Assembly: GCA_963813715.1 (NCBI GenBank)
Contig: CAWFAK010000017.1
Location: 960,001-1,024,000, forward strand
From: an uncultured Planctomycetaceae bacterium
GTDB lineage: Bacteria; Planctomycetota; Planctomycetia; Planctomycetales; Planctomycetaceae
Direction of reading: 5' to 3'
DNA: 64,000 nucleotides
Shown here: in pieces, positions 54,658-64,000 of the stretch
Position numbering within the stretch: position 1 is the first letter of the stretch
Layout: each line of letters starts with the position of its first letter
The notes under the pieces: model-generated
What the model was told of the DNA's origin: nothing
Database searches by the model: none
Seen by the model: only the letters and a program-made list of their open reading frames with translations
Made by a program: the position numbers and the translations under genes

Positions 54658-56433
54658 TTGCCAAGAGTTTTCTCTCGATGCTCTTCCCTGCCACGAGACG
54701 CTAAAACGACAGGCGTATCAGTTGAGCTGATCTTGGCCCGCAGCCGCTCAAGGACGAATCGCTTGGCTTCATCGCATCTCGGCCTGCGACCGCTCACGCG
54801 CCGTTGCCGACCCTCGCTGGGGCGTGGCACCCGTGCGCTTTGCCTCTTGATCGCGTCATTGCTGGTGGTGGCCGTCGCCGACCAGACCATGGCGGATGTC
54901 GATCCGTCAGTCGTCGGTCCCGCGGCCCGAAACGCCTCCCCCAAGCATCTCGAGGCCGTTCAGACCGAATTGCAGACGCTGCGAAGGCAGCATGCCGCGC
55001 GGCTCGATACGCTCGCGCAAGACTTCACCGATCTGGGCCTGGCAGAACAGGCTCAACAGTGCCGGGAACTGGCGGCTCCGCTTTCGACCGCCCTCTTCCG
55101 CGTGCAAAAGCTGCCCAAGGAAAAGCAGGCTGAAATCCCCGCTGCGGTTCCGGCTAAAGAGCGCGATCTCCGCGTCACGCTGCGGGATGTGCAATCGCGA
55201 TATGCAACCGAGCTTTATCGACTTTCGCGTAAAGCACTGTCGGCCGGGTATCCCAGTTATGCCTACGGACTCGTGCAAGAAGTCGTCCGGCAGGATCCCG
55301 ACCACCAATACGCGCGGCGAATTCTGGGCTACAAGCTCCGCAATAAAGAGTGGGTGACGCCGTATGCGGCCGACCGGCTCGACAAAGGCTTTGTCTGGGA
55401 TGACCTCTACGGCTGGCTGAGAAAACTCGACGTCCCCCGCTATCGGGCCGGCCAGCGGCTTTACGCCGGCCACTGGATGAGTGCCGACAAAGAGGCGGAG
55501 ATCCGTCGCGATTTTCGCCATGCCTGGCACGTGCGGACGGAGCATTACCTGATCCACACCAATGTCAGCCTCGAGCGCGGCGTCGAAATCGCCAAGTCGC
55601 TCGAGCAATTCCATGCCTTCTTCATGCAGACGTTCGCCGCGTTTTTCAGCACGCCCGAGCAGATGGCGCGGCTGTTTCAAACCTCCGGGCCTAATTCCAA
55701 CCTGCAGATCCGCCGCGATCCCTATGACGTCGACTACTTCCGGACGCGGCAGGAATATGCCGACCGGCTGCGGCTCAAGATCCCGCAGGTCGACATGACC
55801 AACGGCCTGTATTACACGCGCGATCGCGTCGCTTACTTTTTCAACAATCCCGACCAGAAGGAGCAGGACACGCTCTTTCACGAGGCGACGCACCAGTTGT
55901 TCTACGAGAATCTGAAGGCCGACCGAATGGTGGCCGTCGACGCGAACTTCTGGATCATCGAGGGCATCGCCTGCTACATGGAGTCCTATCGCACCGAAAA
56001 TGGCGAGTCCTCGGTGGGAGACCCGCACCACATCCGCATTCAAAACGCCCGCGAGCGTTGCGTTCTGGACAACTACTATGTGCCGCTGGAAAAATTCGCG
56101 GCGATGGGCATGACCGAATTCCAGCACAGCCCGAACATCCGCAAGAATTACAGCCAGGCGGCCGGTCTCGCCCACTTCTTTATGCAATATGAAGGGGGCC
56201 GCTATCGGGACGCACTGGTCGAGCACCTCGCCGAGATTTACCGCACGAACGGGCGGCAGCGGGCCTACGTCCGCGGCCTCGACGAACTGACAGGGGTCTC
56301 GTATGCCGACCTCGACAAGCAGTACGTCGAATACATGCACTCGCTACCGGCCGGCCTTGTCCAGGCCGCGGCGCCCGCGGCTGCGCCGGGCGTTAATCCG
56401 CCGGGCGTGAACCAGGCGGCTGCCGGGCGTTGA
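54658..56433 (+). CDS. Secreted DUF1570-like HEXXH metallopeptidase-fold protein (true start likely ~54800-54850)
   Basis: Signal-like segment; TLFHEATHQL, WIIEGIACYME and YSQAAGLAHFF. Confidence 0.75.
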   Translation: MPRVFSRCSSLPRDAKTTGVSVELILARSRSRTNRLASSHLGLRPLTRRCRPSLGRGTRALCLLIASLLVVAVADQTMADVDPSVVGPAARNASPKHLEAVQTELQTLRRQHAARLDTLAQDFTDLGLAEQAQQCRELAAPLSTALFRVQKLPKEKQAEIPAAVPAKERDLRVTLRDVQSRYATELYRLSRKALSAGYPSYAYGLVQEVVRQDPDHQYARRILGYKLRNKEWVTPYAADRLDKGFVWDDLYGWLRKLDVPRYRAGQRLYAGHWMSADKEAEIRRDFRHAWHVRTEHYLIHTNVSLERGVEIAKSLEQFHAFFMQTFAAFFSTPEQMARLFQTSGPNSNLQIRRDPYDVDYFRTRQEYADRLRLKIPQVDMTNGLYYTRDRVAYFFNNPDQKEQDTLFHEATHQLFYENLKADRMVAVDANFWIIEGIACYMESYRTENGESSVGDPHHIRIQNARERCVLDNYYVPLEKFAAMGMTEFQHSPNIRKNYSQAAGLAHFFMQYEGGRYRDALVEHLAEIYRTNGRQRAYVRGLDELTGVSYADLDKQYVEYMHSLPAGLVQAAAPAAAPGVNPPGVNQAAAGR

Positions 56434-57544
56434 TGTAGACGTCGCCGTCCAACCGCTCGACCGAGATGGTCCGCAGCTCGGCCGCGAGGTTCAGTGCGGC
56501 GAGCCCCGATCCGCCGACGGCCCCCGGGGACCGCTCGCCTCCCAGGATCTTGGGAGCAACGAACACGTGAAACTCGTCGATCCGCCGCTCGTCGAAGAGA
56601 GCGCCTAAGAGTGCCGCCCCGCCCTCGACGAGCACGTTGGTCAAGTCGCGACGGCCCAACTCTTTGAGCAGCGCTCCCAGATCGACGCCGAATTGCGCCG
56701 GGTTCAAGACGCCGTTCGGCCGCGCGACGGGCAACTGCAAGACTTCCGCGCCGCGCTCTTGGAGCCGTCGCACGTTTTCCGCAGGCGCCATGGCGCCGCA
56801 GGCCACCAAGAAGCGGCGCATCACGCGACCGTGCGCACCAGTTGCGAGTCGACGGCAAGGGCCGCTTTTGAGTCGATCACGATCCGCGTCGCGATTCGCG
56901 GGCCGGGCGGCCGGGCGGTCAACAACGGATCGTCGACCGCGGCGGTCCGCGCCGACCACGATGGCATCCATGCGTCCGCGGAGCCGGTGCACGAGCGCGC
57001 GGCTCGTCTCATTCGAGATCCAGCGCGAGTCACCGTTGGCGGTGGCGATCTTGCCGTCGAGGCTCATGGCCCACTTGGCATGTACCCACGGTTCTCGCCT
57101 TTCGACCAGTTTGCGGAAGGGAGCCGTCAGCTCGCGGGTCTCGTCTGCTAGCAATCCTTCTTCGACCTCGACGCCCCCCGCGCGGAGCACAGCAAATCCC
57201 TGGCCGTCCACTCTCGGGAAAGGATCGCGACAGGCCGCCACGACCTTGCGGATGCCCGCGCGGAGAATGGCCGCGGCACACGATCCCGTTTTGCCCTCGT
57301 GGCAGCAGGGCTCAAGTGTGACAAACAGGGTCGCGCCGGCGGCTCGCGAGCCGGCGCTGTTGATCGCCTCGATTTCCGCGTGCGGGCCGCCGAATCGCTG
57401 GTGCCAGCCCTCGGCAATGAAGGCAAAAGAGTCGTCGACGAGGACCGCCCCGACCGCTGGATTGGGCTCGACGAATCCAATGCCCCGAGCGGCCAATTCC
57501 AAGGCGCGGCGCATGACGCCGGCTGCATCAGTGAACCGCCGCAT
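56393..57544 (-). CDS. ribD: Bifunctional riboflavin deaminase/reductase (two compensating indels ~56950 and ~56825)
   Basis: PNPAVGAV, HAE, TLEPCCH, KWAMSLDGKIA and VLVEGG; DDPLLTAR lies in an offset frame. Confidence 0.95.
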   Translation of the reverse strand: MRRFTDAAGVMRRALELAARGIGFVEPNPAVGAVLVDDSFAFIAEGWHQRFGGPHAEIEAINSAGSRAAGATLFVTLEPCCHEGKTGSCAAAILRAGIRKVVAACRDPFPRVDGQGFAVLRAGGVEVEEGLLADETRELTAPFRKLVERREPWVHAKWAMSLDGKIATANGDSRWISNETSRALVHRLRGRMDAIVVGADRRGRRSVVDRPAARPANRDADRDRLKSGPCRRLATGAHGRVMRRFLVACGAMAPAENVRRLQERGAEVLQLPVARPNGVLNPAQFGVDLGALLKELGRRDLTNVLVEGGAALLGALFDERRIDEFHVFVAPKILGGERSPGAVGGSGLAALNLAAELRTISVERLDGDVYINARQPPGSRPAD

Positions 57545-57549
57545 GGCGG

Positions 57550-59706
57550 TCACTCCTGTCCGGGGAGCCAGAGCTTTTTGGATCCCGCGGCCGGCTCGCT
57601 CGATCCCGAGGGCGTCCACAGTCCGCCGCTGGTGGGCGCCGCGCCGCTGCCGACCAGGAGCTCAGCCGAACGCAGCCAGCTCAATTTTTCGGCGTTGGCT
57701 GCGGTGAATTGTTCGAGCATGCGCGCGACTTCCGGAACCTTGGGGGCATAGTAGTCGTGCAGCGTGCGATACAAGTTGGGCAGTTCCGCGTCGTCCGGAT
57801 TTTCCGCCCGCAGTAGAAACTCCATCATCGTCCATTTGCACAGGCGCTCGAAGTTCTGAGGCGATCGGGCCGCATGCTCGCGACCTTTCTGGGCCCAGGC
57901 GATCGCATCCGCGAGCCGCTCGTCCTGGTGTGCAATTTCGAGCAGCCCTTCGAAGACTCGATCGGGGCCAATCTGCTCGAGACACTGCGGACGGGCGACG
58001 ACTTCGTTGAGCACGCGCGTGGCGAAGCGGCGGTGTCCAATTACGGCCGCACGCCGGTAGACGTTCACCAGTTGCGCGTCGGACAGATCGGCAATCGGCA
58101 AACGTTGCAGCTGCATCGGCGACAGCGAGCTCAGCGGTTCGGCGGCGGCCGGTGAGAGCGGTTGCAGAGGCTGAAGTCCCAAGCGTGCCAGGATCGCCTC
58201 GATATCGACGATGCCGTTGAGCCGCTCAGAGAGCGCATCGAGCACGTAGACCGCAGCCGTCAGACGCACGCGGAACCCCGGGTCCGCCGCAATGGCACCC
58301 GGGCTCTTGCCGTCGAGCGCAGCCTGCGGAGCGTTCCACCAAATATCATCGACCAAGTGCTTCCACCATCCCTCTTGGATGGCGCGCTGGGACGATTCGG
58401 GGGCCGCGCTGAACAGCTTGCGCCGGAAGTACGGGGCGAGCTCGCGGGCGATCGGCTCGACTTCGGCATCCGTCAGTTCGTTCCGAGTTGCCGGCTTGGT
58501 AATTTCGTCCGCGACCAGTTTCTCGAAGTCCGCCACCCGGGCGTCGAATTCCGGTGTGGCAAATCCCGTGACAATCGCCGCGGCATCCAGATTCTGCTCC
58601 GGGAGCGCATCGTAAACCGTGAGCGTTCCTACAACCGAAGGCAGCGCCTCAAAGGCGTTCTGGCCCAGTTCCGATTCCTTGGCAACTGCTCGATCGAGCA
58701 CGATCCATCGCCCGGAAACAGGCGGCCCCTCAGATTCTTCCGGCTCCACGGGCAGCGGAAAATAGAGCTCATTGCCTTCCAGCAGGCCGAGCAGCCGCGA
58801 CGCGGACTTAACCGGAATGTCGACCTCGGTCGACAGAACTCGATCAGAAGAGTGCTTGAGATCGAGTAACTGCGCGAAGGTTTCGCACTCGACGGCAAAT
58901 TCAACGTTCGCGGACGCGGCTGCCGCTTTGTGAAACGCCTGGGCGGCTCCCGGCTCGTCGGCGTCCCATGCGCGGCACAACGCGGCGCTGCGCCACAGCT
59001 CGGCGTTGTTCGGCTCGAGTTCGGCGATCTTGGTGAACGTGCGGCCCGCTGGGCCAAAGCAGGCGATTTTCGCCAGCGACGTGGCCTTGTTGGCCTCGGC
59101 GGCATTGGGTCCGTCGCCCGCGTAGGGATGGAGATTCTGCACGCTGCGCAGGGGGTACGGCGTGCGGACGTCGCCGTCCAGCTTGAGCAGTGCGAGGAAC
59201 GTATTCTCGCGCGATTTTTCCCCCAAAAGCCGCATCGCGACCGTGAGATACTGGCGTGCCGCCATCATGAACTGCGAGCGAGCCATCACGTCAAAAAGTG
59301 TGAGCGCCAGCACGCCGACATGCTCCGGCGAGCGCGTGAAACACTTTTGGAAGGCCCGCAGAATCGTCGGTTGAGCCGCCCGGTAACCTTGGTTGAGCAA
59401 GAGCACCAGCGCGGCCCGCGAAACGACGTACGGATGGTCGGGATGCGCCTTGAGGAGCTGTTCGAGGCGGCTTTGCGCCTCCTCGATTTGCCCGAGCGAG
59501 AGCAGTATTTCTCCGTGGACCGTGCCGACCCAGGGATTTTCTGGGTTCGACTTTTCGAGCTTCTCGATCGCGGCGAGGGCTTGGCGCGGCTGGTCGTTGG
59601 CCTGCAACCGGTTGATTTTCGTCATTTCGTCGATGATGCCGGCGCAGCAGAATTTCAGTTTCTTACCGCTGCCGCACGGGCAGAGCTCATAGACGTCGAT
59701 CGCCAT
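57550..59706 (-). CDS. SEC-C motif + TPR-like helical repeat protein
   Basis: CPCGSGKKLKFCC at the N-terminus, followed by TPR-like helices; C-terminal LWTP...LWLPG. Confidence 0.8.
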   Translation of the reverse strand: MAIDVYELCPCGSGKKLKFCCAGIIDEMTKINRLQANDQPRQALAAIEKLEKSNPENPWVGTVHGEILLSLGQIEEAQSRLEQLLKAHPDHPYVVSRAALVLLLNQGYRAAQPTILRAFQKCFTRSPEHVGVLALTLFDVMARSQFMMAARQYLTVAMRLLGEKSRENTFLALLKLDGDVRTPYPLRSVQNLHPYAGDGPNAAEANKATSLAKIACFGPAGRTFTKIAELEPNNAELWRSAALCRAWDADEPGAAQAFHKAAAASANVEFAVECETFAQLLDLKHSSDRVLSTEVDIPVKSASRLLGLLEGNELYFPLPVEPEESEGPPVSGRWIVLDRAVAKESELGQNAFEALPSVVGTLTVYDALPEQNLDAAAIVTGFATPEFDARVADFEKLVADEITKPATRNELTDAEVEPIARELAPYFRRKLFSAAPESSQRAIQEGWWKHLVDDIWWNAPQAALDGKSPGAIAADPGFRVRLTAAVYVLDALSERLNGIVDIEAILARLGLQPLQPLSPAAAEPLSSLSPMQLQRLPIADLSDAQLVNVYRRAAVIGHRRFATRVLNEVVARPQCLEQIGPDRVFEGLLEIAHQDERLADAIAWAQKGREHAARSPQNFERLCKWTMMEFLLRAENPDDAELPNLYRTLHDYYAPKVPEVARMLEQFTAANAEKLSWLRSAELLVGSGAAPTSGGLWTPSGSSEPAAGSKKLWLPGQE

Positions 59707-59821
59707 TGCAGGTGCTTCCTCCGTTCGCCGGCTCCGGCGACAGGCAGACGAACGCATTAATAATGAGAAGCTTCCAACGTGAAGCCCGGCGCATCCCGCG
59801 CTCTTTACGGATGGTAGCGGA

Positions 59822-61345
59822 TCAGCAACCGCGAATCGACGGATCGCTGTCGGTTTTCACGAGCGCTCGTCGATGGGCGATGAAATGTGCCAGAGCGGGC
59901 TTCGGTGTCCCGTCCGGTCGGATCAAACCGGCGTGCGGGAATTCGTGCGGCACGCTGTCGGCGAGCTGCTTCCAAAAGATCCCCACGACCGGTTGCTTGG
60001 CCATTAGCACCGGGAGAACACCGTCGATCCAATCAACTTGTGCCGCCTCGTTCCAGGCTTCCTTCCAGCGGTTGGGTTCGATTTCGATGCCGTGCGAGGC
60101 CTGCAAATCATCTGCCCGCGATTCCGAGGGGCAGGCGAGCGTGATGTAAATCGGAATTCCCAACAACGACCACAAATCGAGAAGCCTGGAGAGTTCGAGC
60201 AAGTCGCGCGGAGCCGATCCGTAGGGCCGAAATCCGACAGCGATCTCCAGATCAACGGCGGAGAGTCCGATGCCCGCCCGCAACAGAGCATCGACGAATT
60301 GGAGTGGTGCCAGTCGATGGGCTCCGCGGGCCTGATATTCGCCCCACGGTTGTCCCACCCGAATCATCACCTGCACTTCCTCGTCGACTTGCCGCACCAC
60401 TTCCAGGGCGCGGGCCACCAGCCACAGCCGGCTCTCTTCGGATAAACCGAAGGCCCCCCCGGTATTTCCCCGCGTACAGACGTTCCAGGTGCGGATTCTT
60501 CCGGCGTAGCGTCCGACGGCCGTCTCCACATAGTCGCAAACGAGGCTCTGCAGATTGGGCAGGTCGCCGCCCCACGAGCCGACCCACGCAGGCATTCCGT
60601 CGGCCGAAAGATCGAGTAAGGGTCCGCCGGAGACAAACAGGCGGTTCGCCAGCGCCCACTCCAGCTGAGCGTCCGCCAGATCCCAGTTGGTCTCGCCGGC
60701 CGACGTTTCAATGTGCTTCCATTCGACGGGAATCACGGCTGCGGCAAACGATTCGCGGAAGACCGCAGTCGCGCTTTCATCCGGCAAGTACTGGCCCAGG
60801 GCGCAGCCAGTCGCGGCGGCAGGCTGGGGCGACCTCTTGCGGCGGGCAGAAAGCCGCTGGCCGGCGTAAGCGCTGACGGCCATCTCGGCCGCTTCGAAGG
60901 CCCGCGCCAGCGACTGCCTGACGGGCTCGACGGTCTGTGCCGGCTGGCCCTGCAGGGCGACGGCTTCGCGAAACTTGCGTTGTGCCGCCTGAAATGGAGC
61001 GTCGAAGGAGGGAGGAATCACCATCCCGCCCACTTCCCAAGCGGACACCTGGTCGCGCAGCTGGGAGATTTTCCCCCGGGCCAACTCCAGCGGCAGCAGG
61101 TACGGTTCCTCTCGCTCCGGCAAGGAAGCCGTCGAAGTGACCGGTCGTCCGAAACCCTCAACCGGCCAGGCGACATGCAATCGCCCGCTTTCGCTCGACG
61201 TCCGGCGACAACTCACGACGTTGCCGGCCACATCAATCTGAGTGGAAAAGACGCGGCCATCGGCGCCGCTAAGATAGGCGTCGAAAACTTCCGGCCAACC
61301 GTCGAGCATCTCCGGCGGATAAACGAAGAACCGCATCACCCCCAT
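59822..61345 (-). CDS. GH10-like TIM-barrel protein, catalytic glutamates apparently absent
   Basis: W..IE..G..NW..AD..LEWA, GGPL and V.RY.GRI..W.V; no signal peptide. Confidence 0.65.
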   Translation of the reverse strand: MGVMRFFVYPPEMLDGWPEVFDAYLSGADGRVFSTQIDVAGNVVSCRRTSSESGRLHVAWPVEGFGRPVTSTASLPEREEPYLLPLELARGKISQLRDQVSAWEVGGMVIPPSFDAPFQAAQRKFREAVALQGQPAQTVEPVRQSLARAFEAAEMAVSAYAGQRLSARRKRSPQPAAATGCALGQYLPDESATAVFRESFAAAVIPVEWKHIETSAGETNWDLADAQLEWALANRLFVSGGPLLDLSADGMPAWVGSWGGDLPNLQSLVCDYVETAVGRYAGRIRTWNVCTRGNTGGAFGLSEESRLWLVARALEVVRQVDEEVQVMIRVGQPWGEYQARGAHRLAPLQFVDALLRAGIGLSAVDLEIAVGFRPYGSAPRDLLELSRLLDLWSLLGIPIYITLACPSESRADDLQASHGIEIEPNRWKEAWNEAAQVDWIDGVLPVLMAKQPVVGIFWKQLADSVPHEFPHAGLIRPDGTPKPALAHFIAHRRALVKTDSDPSIRGC

Positions 61346-61501
61346 TCTGGATCCTTGCTCAAGACGGCAATTTCCCAGTCTAAAGCACTCGGGGCCAACT
61401 TTCGACACGTTTCCCGGCCCGAAAGTGAGAAATCGGCTGCGACCTCTCGGTTTCGAGCCAGCCACGGTCGAGACGTGGCCGCGGTAGTCGTCCGCAGATC
61501 G

Positions 61502-61530
61502 TTGTCACGCTTTTCCCACCACGATACAGT
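61502..61530 (+). promoter_or_regulatory. Candidate sigma70 promoter for purC
   Basis: TTGTCA 61502-07, 17 bp, TACAGT 61525-30. Confidence 0.45.
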
Positions 61531-61663
61531 GGGTCCGGACAGGGTGTCCCGATCGCGTTCCGAGGCGTGTTTTCCCGGGCGCCGCCGCGCAAATGTGCGG
61601 ATGGCTCGCCCAGGGCTCGGACGCGGCAAGGATCGGCATTTCGCTAGCGAACGGAAAGGTGCG

Positions 61664-62554
61664 ATGGCTCGCTCGGCGCTTCTGCAAAGTTCGATTTCCG
61701 GTTTTCCTGTGCGGCGCGGCAAAGTCCGGGACATCTACGATTTCGGCGATCGCCTTCTGTTCGTGGCGACCGATCGCATCAGCGCGTTCGACTGGGTCTT
61801 GCCGAACGGCATCCCCGACAAAGGACGCGTGCTGACGCAGCTCAGCGAAATGTGGTTTGGTCGCCTCGACGTGCCGCACCACCTGTTGAGTATGGACATC
61901 GGCGTGTTGCCGCTGCCGGCCGGCGTCGATCGCGAAAGTCTCAACGGCCGCAGCATGGTCGTGAAAAAGACGGAGGTCGTGCCAATTGAATGCGTTGTGC
62001 GGGGATACTTGTCCGGCTCCGGCTGGAAGGAGTATCAAAAGACCCGCGCGGTCTGCGGCGTTGCACTTCCGGCCGGGTTGCGTGAAAGCGAGCGTTTGGC
62101 CGAACCGATCTTCACGCCCGCCACGAAGGAGGAATCGGGGCACGACGTAAACATCTCGTTCGAGCGGATGTGTGAGATCGTCGGCAAGGACACGGCCGGA
62201 CGTCTCAAAACGTTGAGCCTGGAAATCTACCGCCGCGGGGCCGAGCACGCCCTTCAAAAGGGGATCATCATTGCCGACACGAAGTTCGAGTTCGGCTCGA
62301 TCGGCGGCCAGCTGATTTTGATCGACGAAGTGTTGACGCCCGACAGTTCGCGATTCTGGCCGGTCGATTCCTACGAACCAGGCCGTTCGCCCCCCTCGTT
62401 CGACAAGCAATTTGTCCGCGACTGGCTCGAGACGACCGGTTGGGACAAGAACAGCCAGCCGCCGACTCTCCCGCAGGAAGTCGTGGACCGGACGCGTGCG
62501 AAATACGTCGACGCCTACACGCGGCTGAGCGGCAAAGAGTTCGCCTATCGCTGA
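61664..62554 (+). CDS. purC: SAICAR synthase
   Basis: [50 protein letters not shown] and SFDKQFVRD. Confidence 0.98.
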   Translation: MARSALLQSSISGFPVRRGKVRDIYDFGDRLLFVATDRISAFDWVLPNGIPDKGRVLTQLSEMWFGRLDVPHHLLSMDIGVLPLPAGVDRESLNGRSMVVKKTEVVPIECVVRGYLSGSGWKEYQKTRAVCGVALPAGLRESERLAEPIFTPATKEESGHDVNISFERMCEIVGKDTAGRLKTLSLEIYRRGAEHALQKGIIIADTKFEFGSIGGQLILIDEVLTPDSSRFWPVDSYEPGRSPPSFDKQFVRDWLETTGWDKNSQPPTLPQEVVDRTRAKYVDAYTRLSGKEFAYR

Positions 62555-62674
62555 TCGATCCCGGTGAATGGCAACGACTTCCGCGGCGTAGTCGGACGCG
62601 CGATCCCCGCAGATTGGCCCGAGTTTTTGCCGCGTTCCAAGCCGAGAATTTGGGCCAGTCGCGACGGAATCTAT

Positions 62675-62703
62675 TTGCGATTCGCTCATAAATTCCGCAT
62701 AAT
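62675..62703 (+). promoter_or_regulatory. Candidate sigma70 promoter for the kinase
   Basis: TTGCGA 62675-80, 17 bp, CATAAT 62698-703. Confidence 0.5.
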
Positions 62704-62762
62704 AAGCGTGCTTTTATCGGTGTTTGGTTCGCTCCCAAAGCCCCGGAGAGCGAGGGGTCGTC

Positions 62763-64000
62763 ATGGCATCCACTGATCCACGCCGCACCAAGGGTGCCGA
62801 CAAGACGGTCAATCAAGCGCTTGCGGAAACAAGCGTTCCCGGGTCTGGGCCAGCCGTGGGAGACACGTTCGTGCCGAGCGACCAGGAATCGTCGCCGGGC
62901 GCCGCCAAGGAAGCCAAGCCCGCTTCGGCTACCCCGTCGACTCGAGTCGGCGCCCCCGCGCCCACCAAGCCGTCCAGCGCCGATGGCGAGGCAAAAAAGA
63001 GCAAAAAGATCACCCAGCTGGGCGACTTCAAGCTCGAAAGGAAGCTCGGCCAAGGGGGCATGGGCACCGTCTACCTGGCGACTCAGACCAGTCTCGACCG
63101 CAAGGTCGCCCTCAAGACGCTGTCGCCGGAATTCGCCAAGAAGCCCGACTTCGTCCAGCGGTTCCTGCGGGAAGCCCGCTCGATGGCCCGATTGCAGCAT
63201 CCGAACGTGGTGCAGGTCTACGCGGCCGACAGCGTGAGCGGTGTCAATTTTGCCGCAATCGAGTTCATCGATGGGCGGAGCATGCAGAATTGGATGAACG
63301 ACGTCAAGCAGCTGAGCGTCGGGGACGCGCTGCATGTGACCCTGGTTTGTGCCGACGCGCTCAAGCACGCGCACGACCAGAACATGATCCATCGCGACAT
63401 CAAGCCCGACAACATCCTGGTGACGAGCAAAGGCGTCGTCAAAGTCGCCGATTTCGGGCTGGCCAAGGCCCTCGACGAAGACGTGTCGATGACTCAAAGC
63501 GGCACCGGCTTGGGCACGCCGCTCTACATGGCCCCCGAACAGGCCCGCAACGCCAAGCACGTCGACAAGCGGTCGGACATCTATGCTTTGGGAAGCACGC
63601 TCTACTACTTTGTCACGGGCAAACTCCCATTCAGCGGCGAAAACACGCTCGAGCTGATCATCGCCAAGGAAAAAGGAACCTACACCAGCGCACGCAAGGT
63701 GAATCCCAAGGTTTCCGAACGGCTCGATCTGATCATCGGCAAAATGCTGCTGAAGGATCCGAAAGATCGCTACGCCGATTGTGCCGACATCATTCGCGAC
63801 ATTGGCGGCCTGGGACTGGCGAACCCCGCGCTCAGTTTCATCGAGTCGTCCGGGGGAACGGCCGTGGTCAACGCGTCGGTCGCCGCCGCTTCGGCCGCGA
63901 GCCTCTCGCGCATGCAAGGCGGCCAAGGCCCCGGTGTCAACTCGACACGATCGGATGTCCGCCTACCCCCGCCCAGCGATCGCCTGACGTCCGCCCAAGA
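62763..64000 (+). CDS. Hanks-type Ser/Thr protein kinase, runs off the window end (not in ORF track)
   Basis: Translated by hand from ATG 62763: [33 protein letters not shown] and SDIYALG. Confidence 0.93.
   Translation, partial: MASTDPRRTKGADKTVNQALAETSVPGSGPAVGDTFVPSDQESSPGAAKEAKPASATPSTRVGAPAPTKPSSADGEAKKSKKITQLGDFKLERKLGQGGMGTVYLATQTSLDRKVALKTLSPEFAKKPDFVQRFLREARSMARLQHPNVVQVYAADSVSGVNFAAIEFIDGRSMQNWMNDVKQLSVGDALHVTLVCADALKHAHDQNMIHRDIKPDNILVTSKGVVKVADFGLAKALDEDVSMTQSGTGLGTPLYMAPEQARNAKHVDKRSDIYALGSTLYYFVTGKLPFSGENTLELIIAKEKGTYTSARKVNPKVSERLDLIIGKMLLKDPKDRYADCADIIRDIGGLGLANPALSFIESSGGTAVVNASVAAASAASLSRMQGGQGPGVNSTRSDVRLPPPSDRLTSAQ

Noticed and set aside
61531..61663. Purine-related riboswitch (ZTP/PRPP) before purC
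   Set aside because: GC-rich leader, but I could not match the conserved riboswitch elements by eye; an Rfam search would be needed.
60713..61663. Large N-terminal extension on PurC (613-aa ORF)
   Set aside because: It overlaps the GH10-like gene antisense; PurC homology begins at ATG 61664, which has its own RBS and promoter candidate.
5975..63926. Long antisense or alternative-frame ORFs (e.g. 5975-7423, 7845-9194, 29307-30740, 54907-56340, 62268-63926)
   Set aside because: They shadow well-supported genes on the opposite strand, lack motifs, and are expected in high-GC DNA.

Overview
GC-rich, gene-dense bacterial chromosomal segment, most likely from a Planctomycetota (Planctomycetaceae-like) genome. 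This is inferred from DUF1559 prepilin-like proteins, a DUF1570-type HEXXH protein, PQQ-like beta-propellers, FGE-family proteins, Hanks-type kinases and zinc-ribbon/linker/TM proteins. About 55 genes are recognisable. They include a housekeeping run (pheA-tpiA-secG-yicC-gmk-rpoZ-coaC-coaB-cobA/hemD), trpS, bioD, tsaE, hemH, clcA, ribD and purC, a YtrA-type GntR/ABC operon with a clear operator, an ECF sigma/anti-sigma pair and many secreted or membrane proteins. More than 20 genes, including essential ones, carry small frameshifts that are best explained as long-read indel errors, so many coordinates are reconstructed across frames. No rRNA, tRNA, CRISPR array, transposase or prophage was seen. 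The main candidate system is two paralogous redoxin / heme-c (CxxCH) / PHM-DBH-type two-copper monooxygenase fusions. One is secreted. The other is membrane-anchored with a cytoplasmic zinc ribbon and lies just downstream of two exported thioredoxin-fold genes. Also notable: two zinc-ribbon/TM/STN-like proteins flanking the ECF pair, a Cys-rich DUF1559 prepilin-like protein, a secreted EF-hand calpain-like protease, and apparent pseudo-enzymes (the chorismate-mutase domain of PheA and a GH10-fold protein). All assignments come from motif recognition by eye; no searches were run.
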